In this document: positions 30,412-40,153 of the stretch, in pieces
Layout of the letters: each line of letters starts with the position of its first letter
Numbering within the stretch: position 1 is the first letter of the stretch
Origin: a virus
Taxonomy: Duplodnaviria > Caudoviricetes
Direction: 5' to 3' (one strand)
IMG/VR virus record: IMGVR_UViG_3300043021_000113
Length of the DNA: 64,000 nucleotides
Made by a program: the position numbers and the translations under genes
Notes under the pieces: generated by a model
Seen by the model: only the letters and a program-made list of their open reading frames with translations
The model's database searches: none
What the model was told of the DNA's origin: nothing

Positions 30412-32320
30412 TCGGTTGAGGGAATTGAACCCTTCAATGGCAAACCTGCGCAACCGATAAATTGCTGACTTTCACAAGCAAGCAATCCCGCAATTACAAA
30501 TCATATTAATTCAAAATTATGAAAACCTTTGTAGCTCTCTAGGAATCGAACCTAGAACTACCCACCAGGAAGCTTGAAACCTAATTTCACAATTAAGTTT
30601 GCACTAAAACCAATAAAAATACTTAACTTCATGAAAACAAACAATACGTGTGACTTTCCGGGAATTGAACCCGGAATTACCCAAACCAGGAAGTCGCAGC
30701 TCTAACTTCACAGCCAAAACTGATAAAATCTAACTATTTAACTATTTACCATTTTAAAAAATTATCAAAATGAAAAAAATCACAGAAAATGTGCGGCTCT
30801 CTGAGAATTGAACTCAGAATTACCCAAAAAACCAGGAAGCCACAAACCCAGTTTCACAACTGAATTTGTAAATAAAAAATCACACAAAAAATATATAAAA
30901 AATATTATGTGAGGCTTGCTGGGAATCGAACCCAGGATCAATCTAACCGTAGACAAGCCGAGAATAAACCTAACTTCACAGTCCAGCTATTCTAAGTGAA
31001 AAAAACAAAAATTATGATATACAAATGTTGAGGCTTTCCAAGAATTGAACTTGGAATTATCCATACCAGGAAGCCAAATTTTAAAGACGCCGAATTTCAC
31101 AACCCAGCGTCTTTGTGTAGTGTGTCTAATTTTTAATGAACTATTGTTTTGTTATTATTAAAGTAAATGTACAAAGATGAAGTGGACTTCTAGGAATTGA
31201 ACCTAAAATTACCTAAACCAAGAGTCCATATTTAAAAGAGCCTAATTTCACAATCAAGCTCTTTTTCTTAGCATGTTTTACTAATTCTCTATATTATGAA
31301 CAAAGTACAATTCTATTCGTGGCCCGCTGGGAATTGAACCCAGCATTACCTAAACCAAGAGGCCTCAAGCCTAGCTTCACAGTCAAGCTTGTTGTAACAA
31401 CTTAAATTTTCAAAAAAACATGATTATATTATGAGTATGGCGGCCTTTTAGGAATCGAACCTAATTTTAATCCAATAAGGCCAATAAATCTCCAAATTTC
31501 ACAACTTAGAGATTCAAAAATTATTATCAACTAATTCAAAACTATTATTTATAAAAAGCGTGACTACAAATGTAGTGGTCTTTTAGGAATCGAACCTAAA
31601 TTACGCTAACCTGCAAGACCAACCCTTAATTTCACAATTAAAGGGTAACAATAAACTAAAAATAAATATATATGGAAAATCAAACTCTGTGGCTTTTAAG
31701 GACTCGAACCTTTATGCACGCCAAAACACATGTAAAGCCAGTTGTGTTTTTCATGGTTATCAAGTACGATATTATGTGAATATATGTGAATAATACTGCG
31801 ATATTATAAAAAGAACTGCCGAACTTCACAGCCCAGCAGTTCGCGCTTTAATCATATTAATTTAATATAAAAATACATTTCAAAAAGAAACTTTATGCGT
31901 GCGGCTTTCGAGGACTTGAACCTCAATGTATGCCTTTATACATAGAAAGCCAAATAATCTAATTTCACAATTAAATTATTTTTTACCCAACACTAAAAAA
32001 TTAACATGATATGAAAAACGTTGAGGCTTCTAAGGATTCGAACCTTAATAGCGCCTAACCGCGAAGCCCAAAATTCCTAATCTCACGATCGAGAATTTAA
32101 ATTTCAAATAACAAATCTTCAGGTTATGAAAAAATCATAAGTGCCTGCCTGGGAGTCGAACCCAGGAGTGGGATTTTGTAGACTTTAGTTGTGTATAATC
32201 AATTACTATTACCTGTTGAAACAAGTGATTTTAACTACATTTAATTTTAATTTTATTGTTAAAAGAAATTTATTGTTTATTTTAAAAAAATAAACAAACC
32301 CACTGTCTTCCTTGCCAGGC
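30412..32320 (-). ncRNA. array of 14 mini tRNA-like elements, 13 GUGA-tetraloop hairpins and 13 unique spacers
   Basis: tRNA-like units at 30412-30457, 30533-30574, 30652-30695, 30795-30841, 30913-30959, 31032-31075, 31183-31228, 31321-31364, 31442-31482, 31577-31620, 31690-31740, 31903-31951, 32025-32068 and 32143-32320. Each has a GUUCRAnUC T-loop and covarying stems. No ORF >=60 aa in the region. Confidence 0.9.
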
Positions 32321-32466
32321 TCTGAACCTTAACGCTTTAAGAGTTCAGTTGTTCAAAAGAACTGTAACGCTTTACATGAACCTTGAACTAATAAAAAAAA
32401 TTCGCCAAATTTTCCGTGATTACTCGAAGCACGGACTAAGTGATCATGAAAAAAAGGATCTGACCA

Positions 32467-35198
32467 TTAGTTGAGCCAGTATGGCTTATTACTAACAGCT
32501 AATATATCATGGTTTGCGAGTTTTAACTTTTCAGGATCTGTGTTAAATCTATAGCCAAGTATTTTACGATTCAACCTAAAATAACTTTCGGGACTTTCCT
32601 TAGTTATAACAGTGATCACATGTTGAAAAGTATTTTTATTGTCTACTTCTTCAAACTTGAATCCCTTATAAGCTCTAACTCTAACCGCTGGCTTTGTGAT
32701 ATATAAGCGTATTTTATAAATAAAACCTAGGTACACGCCGTTTACATCATATTTCCCGCGATTTGGGTCCTTGATATCTGAATACTTCATCTCACCCATT
32801 TTAAGGTTTCTGAACCTAAAAATCGGGTATACTCTAAGAGCTTTCCATTGTTAAGTTCAATTGAGATGATAAGCTTTTTTGTCTCATAATTTCTTATGCT
32901 TATATAATTAACATCGCATAAAATGCAAGATATTTCTTGATTTAATAATTCTTGTTTAAGACAAACTCGACCATCAGAAAGTATCTTAAAATAACAATTG
33001 TTAATTTCAAGTGTTTTGCTTTTTTTGGAAAGTTTACTAACGTTTATTGATTCCAAGTCTGGACATTTAGCCAGACTTGAAATTACACGTTCTTTCACTT
33101 CATCATTGCAAAACAAAATTTCTTCTCCTGATGTTGTTTTTATTATAAGTTTATATTGTTTCATTTATGAAAAATCACTATGAATAACAACTCCTTTGTT
33201 TTTTATTAGATGCAAACCATCTTTTATGACTATATGGTCAGCTGTACAGGATTTCCAGTATTCACCATACATTCCAGAAAGTTTGTATCTTATAAAACCA
33301 TTACTTACTACTTCTTGAAAATCGTCTTCATAAATAATTTCGTTAAAATCCAAATCTTCGTCTGAATGAACATTAACGGTTATTCCTTTAGGTGCTTTTT
33401 CAAGAAATTTTAAAAATTCTTCTTGATTGAATAAATAAAATCTATCTTTTAATCTAACTTCGTATCTCATTTTTTAAAAAGGCATATCGTCTAATTCTGG
33501 TTTCGTTGAGGTATCAAGCATTTTTTGTGCTTTTTTAATTTCAGTGAAAACTGATGATGCACCAGTCATAGTTGAAGAGTTATAATTAAAACTTAATAAT
33601 CCAGCTGGAAAACTAGCTTCTGCATAATATCCGCGGTCATGATAAGTTATCGTAAAAGTTGATAACGTGAACATCGGATAGCCTAAATAGCCAGTTATTA
33701 AGTTTTTATTATTATATGGGCCCCTATCTGTTTTTAGATGTAAACGACCATCTCCTGTTACTATGTAATGAGTACTGGTTATTAATACTTCGTTTTTATC
33801 TTTATAATTAACAGCACGGAGTTTGACATTTTTGTCGAACGCATCAAGTTCAGTGAAAAGATCCAGAGCATCTGCTAAGCTCTGAATCAATTCTATTTTA
33901 TCTTCATATTCTAATCTGTACATATATAACTATAAGTTGAGGTTCCAGAATTCTTGTTATGAGTTATTGTATGCTTTGTTTTATCTTTTAAAGTAAAATT
34001 AATGGTTACTTTGTCGTCTTCTTTTGTAAATATAAGATAAGTTGGAAAAACTCTAAGATCGCTTTTTATGCCGTCTTTATCTATATAATTATTTTTAAAA
34101 ACTACATGACCATTATTAAAAACACGGAATTTATCATCAGAAAATATTTTTGTTTGATCATTCGTCGAATCTACTTCTTGAACTCTAAAATCCCTTATGT
34201 CTTTATTATTAATTACTGCTGAATTAATAAATTTGTTTAATCCTTCGTTATTTACAAATATTGTTGTTTTATCAAATGTTATTCTATACATAGTTAAATA
34301 ATCATGGTTAACCTATACACCATAAGGTTTAGATGAATAATTTAATATAATTTAACAATTAATATGTCTTCAAAGCTATTTATAATCATTGCTTCGCCAT
34401 TTTTCTTTTTGAACATTGCTGCTCCTGATTCTGTAAATTTTACAAAATAAGCTAAAATGTCAAGATTATTTATTTTTATATAATAAAAAACGTTTGTATC
34501 TAGCTTTGTAAATTTGCAGTTTTTATCTATATAAAGAGAATTATTAGATAATGCGTTATGCATAAATCCTGGAGCTATTGGTTCAGCTTGACGAATGAAT
34601 TCTTGAATTTTAAAGTGTCGATACTCGCCAATAGATAAAGCAATTGTTACTGTATCATTAGCTATCTCTTTAATAACTCCAAACCAACCTTTAATTCGAA
34701 CGTAATTTCCGGTTTTTACTTCTAATTTCTCAAGAGCAAATGATCTGTGTTGATTAAATCCAGATTCATCAAATATCATTCCTAAGCATTTACAAGTTAA
34801 ATCTTGGTTTATTTGAACATCTAATGGATCGATTATTACTCTTGAATTATCAAGAGTTCTTCTAAGAATATATACTATCATAAATTAATTGATTTTTAAA
34901 ACTTGAGAGTATTTAGGATTTGAGCATTAAATGTTGGTGAGATTTTATTTATTCTTACATCACCAGATAATCTATCAACTTGGCCGTTTATAAGATGAAT
35001 GGAAATTAAAGTTATGCCGTCATTGAGCATTACTTCTACTTCATCTCCTCTGGAAATTACTTTAGTTTCTATATTAGTAACTCCTAAAGCAGCTTTAGTT
35101 AAATAGTCAATAGTGAAATTTTCACTTTTAACAATGCTTAATTGTTCCATGAAGCTTTCTTTTATACTTTGAAAGCTTGAAAATACTTTCTGTTTCAT
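32467..35198 (-). CDS. run of seven early hypothetical ORFs (32467-32799, 32787-33164, 33165-33470, 33474-33923, 33911-34291, 34342-34881, 34896-35198)
   Basis: Contiguous co-oriented ORFs; several start M(K/R)xY(K/E/R)(L/V/I) and may be remote paralogs. Confidence 0.7.
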
Positions 35199-35378
35199 AA
35201 TTTTTGTGTTTTATTCTTGGTTTTTCTTTTCAGCACATAAAATGGCAATTATAGCAACATAAACAATGGTTATAAATATAGCTAAAAATACTGGTGCATT
35301 TGTAACCATTAAAAGAATAAATACTGCTATAAAAGCAATTAAACTTGCGATTAATTTTAAAATAAAATTTACCATGAT

Positions 35379-35942
35379 TTAATAATTGTTACTGTAACAT
35401 TCACCCATTATCTCTTTTTTGCCAGATAAGACATCTGCTGTGTATATATTGGTATATTTACCAACATAATGGAAATCATGTAATGTGTGTACTGTGCCTT
35501 GAAGATTTAATGGATTAATTACTGTTTCATAAGCTCTCCTATCCCAAGGATTACTTGAAGAATTGTTTTTTAAAATAATTGTTATGTTCATAATTTTTAA
35601 TGCATTTTACCTTTACAATGCTAGGTTTGAATTAATAATCGCTGTTTCGTCTTAATTTTCAAAGACTCGTCAGAAGCTTTCTAAGCTTGACAGCGAGATT
35701 ATTTAATCATAATCTCGTGTATACATTTCACCATGGATTATGGCGTTTTGTTTGATATCTTCTGTTTGAACATCAACCCAAGCACCTTTCCATGGGAAAT
35801 CCCAAATAGTAGTTGTTTTTGAATTATTTTCTGGAGTAATTTTTATTTTGTATTTTCTGGTTCTTTTAAATGGTTCATAATGTCCAAAAATTCCTAAGAC
35901 TTCATAACCAGAAAGTAAAATTATAACGTCAAAATTTTTCAT
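35379..35942 (-). CDS. two related small ORFs (35379-35591, 35703-35942)
   Basis: Shared I.P.N...T..T..DF ... GE.Y...Y pattern. Confidence 0.65.
35639..35696 (-). ncRNA. type III hammerhead ribozyme
   Basis: UCGCUGUC^AAGCU-UAGAA-AGCUU CUGACGA GUCUU-loop-AAGAC GAAA CAGCGA: complete core, three stems, GUC site. Confidence 0.9.
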
Positions 35943-36248
35943 AAGTTGTTGATTTTCAATAAGTTACGTATAAAAAAGTCGGCACAGCGCCGCTGGCGCG
36001 AATTTTGGCCAAAATGCGTAAAACGTCAGAAACTGCAGATAGAACGCGTAGAAGTGGGTTGAGAGTAAAATTTTACTTTAATTGTTATTTAGAATCATTC
36101 TAAATAATTTTAACCAATCATGCGCCTTTCTATGTCCAATTCTTTTATCAATTCATCCAAAGTTTCGTTAAACTCGCAATTAAGCTCATATAAAACATTT
36201 GTTAAACTGCTTTGTACTTTAGCGTTACGCTTAAGCTTTTTTAACAAT

Positions 36249-38336
36249 TCATCTACACGTGTATTCTTCTTCATAGAGTGCTTCTAACTGTTCGTCGATA
36301 TTCTTACACTTGCTTTCGGAGCGTAGCCATTCTTCGTTAAGAATGGCATTTTCTCCTAATTGCTTATATAAATTGAACTGAAATTCTCTTTCTTTTTCCA
36401 GTTCTTGATATAGTTCGTCAATTTTTACATTTGTTCTCATTGGTTATTACTTTTTAAAACTGAGATCACGCGTTCCATTTCTTTTATATACTGCTTATAG
36501 CTCGCGATTTCTTTTTGATAATTTTTAACATCTTTTTTGTACTTTTCTTCTAAGTTTGAATAGTTTTCTTTTAAAGATGTATAATAATTATTCCAGTTTT
36601 CGTTTAGTTCTTTTTTCTCTTTATCGAAATTTTCTTTTAGTTCTTGATATTCTTTAGCTAATGTTAAATATCTAAAACTCCAATATTCGGTATCTTCTTC
36701 TAATTCTTTTCTTTCTTTATCGAAACTTTCTTTTAATGCGTCTATTTCCATTTCATATTCAATTTCTCTATTATGATAAAAATTCCGCAATTCTTCTTCT
36801 TTTTCTTTAAGAGTTTCTTTATATTTAATTTCTAAAGCTATATAATCAACACCCCAACTTTCGTTTAATTCTTCTTCTTTTTCTTTAAGAGCTCTTTTTA
36901 TTCTTTCTTCTATTTCTTGCTCTTGTTGTTTTCTTATTTCTCTTTTTAAACGACTAATGTTGTTTTGTATTTCTATAGACTCGTCAAACCATTTTTCATA
37001 TTCTGAACTACTAAAAGATATTGTTTCAAGCTTTGCGTATGTTTTAATTAAAAAATATTCTTGATCTTTTAGTTGTTGTTCTAAATTATAATTTATGCTC
37101 ATTTTTAATTGTTTTTTTATTGGTTAATAATTAGTTTTCAAATTATGCATAACTAATGCATAACTTGAAACTAATTAAAAATTTTTTGTTATAATACGCG
37201 CACGCGCGTACATTATATTATTGGTTACTTTTAATTTCTTAAAATTAATCCCAATAATCAAAAGAATTATTCAAAGAAAAACACATATGTTTTTTACTTA
37301 CTTTTTTATTTAATTCTTCGATTCCTTCTTCTTTATATTTTGTTTTCATTTTTGTTACACGACAACCTAGCTCATTTCTACGTTCAAAATTGTTTTTGAA
37401 AATATCTAATACTTCTTTTTGATTGTTTACAATATCGCTATATTCTCTTAAAATCTGCTTTGTTTGTTTGCATCTTTCTCTTAATTCTTCTTCGTATTTA
37501 TGGCCAAGTTCGAAAAGTTCTATTTTATGTTTAAGTTCTCTTTCTTCGTGTGAATACTCTTTTACTACGTCTGCATAACGTTTGCCGTTATATTCTTTGT
37601 CTTCTTGGTTTTGGTAAAAATCGTATATTTTACGAATATATCTTAAACGTTCTTTGAACCCTTCTAATTCTTTTTTGCTTTCTTCGAATTCCCAATCTGT
37701 CATCATATCTTTTTAATTTTTAAGTTGTTTTATTGATTTTTAAATAGTTACGCAAATAATGCATAACTTGAAATTAATTTAATTTTTTTTATTATAATTC
37801 GCGCGCGTACATTATATTATTGCACGAATTAAAGTAAAAAGAGTGTAAGCCGCACATAATATCAGCACGGCTTTAGTGAACTTGTCAAGCTTCATGATTA
37901 ATACTGTTTAACTCGTCATATAAAACTTTTAACTTTCTATCTATTTTGTCAAGTTCTATCTCAACTGGCCAACAGTAAAACTCAAGTTCTTCAGAGTCTT
38001 TGTAAGACTCTTGGAGATCTTGAATTTCTTCGATAAGCTCTTTGCGGACTTTATATAAAACATCCATTTCATCTTTTATCTTTTTTGCGTTCATGATTAA
38101 ATGTTATTATTATTGAACCATTCTGGACGTTCTCTTAATATATCATACAGCTCATCGTAATTCTCCGAATACCAAGCTTTAGATATATTCGCATTCTCTT
38201 CTTCTCTCTTCTTATAAGAAGAAGAATCTTTGGCTTTATCTCCTAAAGCTGTTTTTAAATCAGCCATTACAGCTAAATTATTATTTATTACCATTTGAGC
38301 TGCAAAACCCAAAAGCTTTTCGTACTTTGTCTTCAT
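36249..38336 (-). CDS. five charged coiled-coil early ORFs (36249-36440, 36437-37102, 37245-37706, 37885-38094, 38097-38336)
   Basis: E/K-rich ORFs; 36437-37102 has internal repeats. Confidence 0.7.
37154..37822 (-). promoter_or_regulatory. two copies (37154-37223, 37757-37822) of a ~70-bp intergenic repeat, candidate phage early promoter
   Basis: Identical blocks TAATGCATAACTTGAAA and CGCGCGTACATTATATTATTG, each ~50 nt upstream of a start codon. Confidence 0.6.
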
Positions 38337-38358
38337 TATTTATTTTTTTTTAATTCGC

Positions 38359-38401
38359 GCCCTAAGAAAGAATCGAACTTTCTTTAACTCCAAAGTAAGG
38401 C
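38359..38401 (-). ncRNA. solo mini tRNA-like element
   Basis: GCCUUA-CUUUGGAGUUA-AAGAAAG UUCGAUU CUUUCU-UAGGGC; same architecture as the array units. Confidence 0.7.
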
Positions 38402-38479
38402 TCACTACATAAATATTCGTGAATGAATAACCACTACATAAAAAAAGAGATGAGAGCGCAATTGCGCTCCCATTTTTAT

Positions 38480-38971
38480 TTATGCGTTTACCCACTCGTT
38501 GAATACCGCAGCTTCTTTTCTCTTATAACCAGTCTCTCTCCAGATAAAGTCAGCTTCTGACATGTCAATTCTTGAACCCCAACCTGTGCATGGCTTAATA
38601 GAAGTAATCTTAATCTTACCTCCAGAAAGAATCTGCAACATCGCTGCATCTGGTTTTTGAATGCTTACTGGTACAACGTCAAACTTAGTCTTAACATCAA
38701 GACCTACTGGTGCGAATCTCTCTACCATATAGTTCTCAAATTCAACAACGTCGCCGTTCTGGTATGTATATACAAGAGTACCAAGAACTCTTCCTTCATC
38801 AGAAAGCATCATAGTTCCAGGCTTAATCTCAATGCAAACTCCGTTCTCTACTCTTGGACCCGAACCATGAGCACGGTCTTTCGCAGTTTGAACCATTTTC
38901 TGTATTGCACTTTCTAATTCTACGTTATTTGCTCCTTGAGCAAATAAAGCGTTATTAACAATTGTAGACAT
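38480..38971 (-). CDS. hypothetical protein, first gene of the minus-strand block
   Basis: ORF followed by a terminator-like hairpin at ~38447-38475. Confidence 0.8.
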   Translation of the reverse strand: MSTIVNNALFAQGANNVELESAIQKMVQTAKDRAHGSGPRVENGVCIEIKPGTMMLSDEGRVLGTLVYTYQNGDVVEFENYMVERFAPVGLDVKTKFDVVPVSIQKPDAAMLQILSGGKIKITSIKPCTGWGSRIDMSEADFIWRETGYKRKEAAVFNEWVNA

Positions 38972-39153
38972 ATTAAAATATTTTTATTTTTTATTATCAA
39001 AAACCGGAGGGGGAATATTATTGAGAATCAAATTTTATTCAACAAATTTTGAATAAAATTTTTTAGAACTTTATTTTTTTTCTATTATTTTTGAATAAAA
39101 TTTTTTTGTTATTTAAATTTTTTTTATTACTTTTGTATAAAATCTTTTAAGTC

Positions 39154-39993
39154 ATGAAATATTCAACATTATTATTAATGTACATTAGTTACAGAACAAA
39201 AAACAATTTAGCAGTCATTAAAAAAGAAGAAGTAAAAAATTTCCTAGGCATGGGAGATGACTGTTTCAGATCAGTTATGAAATATCTTGAAGAAACTGGA
39301 GATGTTATACAAATAAGCCAAAATGGTTTTTATAAAACATTAAAAGTTAATAAAACAATTCCTGTGTATGATTTTATATTTGATAATAAATTATCTAAAA
39401 ATGATAAAGAACTAGCAGCTGTTGTTATATTAAATCATGGAACAGAATTTATTTCTAATAAAAAAATTTCAAAATTATTGAATACATCACCTGCTAGTTT
39501 TGCTCAAAATAAATATAGATTTGAACAAAATTCAGAAATAGATTTTTTCGAATTTCTTCAAAAATCTAAAATAGTTGAACCTAAATTTATAGAAGGGTTA
39601 GTAATAAATCAAGGAGGGGCGCAATTAGCACAAAGAAAAAATAAAAAGAAAATATCTACAGAAGAACGTTTAAAAAGAAAATTAGCCAATATTCCTCATT
39701 CTTTATTTATGGCGTCTAAGTATAATTGTAGATACAGAAAAGGAGAAAAAGCTGAACATACAATAACTGAACAAGACATTAAAGATCAGTTAATAAAACA
39801 AGATTATAAATGTTATTATACAGGTCAAAAATTTTCAGAAGAAGTTGTGCCATCAATTGATCGTATAGATTCAAGCAAAGGTTATATTTCAGGAAATATT
39901 GTTATTGTAGATAAAGTTATTAATATTATGAAGCAAGATCTTTCAGAAAAACAATTTTTAAAATACATAAAACTTATAGCCGCTAATTTTTAG
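39154..39993 (+). CDS. HTH plus HNH-like endonuclease
   Basis: Q..KCYYTG, SIDRIDSSKGY..GNI...IN.MK; TACTTTTG promoter at 39128. Confidence 0.75.
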   Translation: MKYSTLLLMYISYRTKNNLAVIKKEEVKNFLGMGDDCFRSVMKYLEETGDVIQISQNGFYKTLKVNKTIPVYDFIFDNKLSKNDKELAAVVILNHGTEFISNKKISKLLNTSPASFAQNKYRFEQNSEIDFFEFLQKSKIVEPKFIEGLVINQGGAQLAQRKNKKKISTEERLKRKLANIPHSLFMASKYNCRYRKGEKAEHTITEQDIKDQLIKQDYKCYYTGQKFSEEVVPSIDRIDSSKGYISGNIVIVDKVINIMKQDLSEKQFLKYIKLIAANF

Positions 39994-40153
39994 CGGCTTT
40001 TTTGTTTTATAGAGGGGGCGTTTTTTCGTTTTTGAGTTTTCGGGTTTTCGTTCGACCATTCCTTCAGGGATAAATAAGTCTAACCTTATGTCTAATTTTT
40101 TTTCTAATAAGTCTAAGCAACCCCTTAACTTATTGATTTTCAGGTACATTCAG

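Larger units (their letters stand above)
19878..35626 (-). promoter_or_regulatory. family of 10 leader H-type pseudoknots
   Basis: Copies at 19878-19903, 24944-24970, 26773-26795, 27329-27351, 28852-28876, 29340-29364, 29680-29704, 30367-30392, 34304-34328 and 35602-35626; both stems covary. Confidence 0.8.

Noticed and set aside
30412-32068. Cluster of true tRNA genes or decayed tRNA pseudogenes
   Set aside because: Only 41-51 nt with no anticodon arm; stems are maintained by compensatory changes, which is not decay.
30487-32142. Plus-strand micro-ORFs starting at spacer ATGs
   Set aside because: They run straight into the antisense of structured elements with no shared frame or length, and all structural polarity points to the minus strand.
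30412-32320. CRISPR array
   Set aside because: Repeats are not sequence-identical, they conserve RNA structure, and no cas operon is present. The PD-(D/E)XK gene is 13 kb away and lacks the Cas4 Cys cluster.
35975-36060. GC-rich hairpins as a possible ribozyme or genome end
   Set aside because: No recognisable catalytic core or second copy; cannot be supported from this window.
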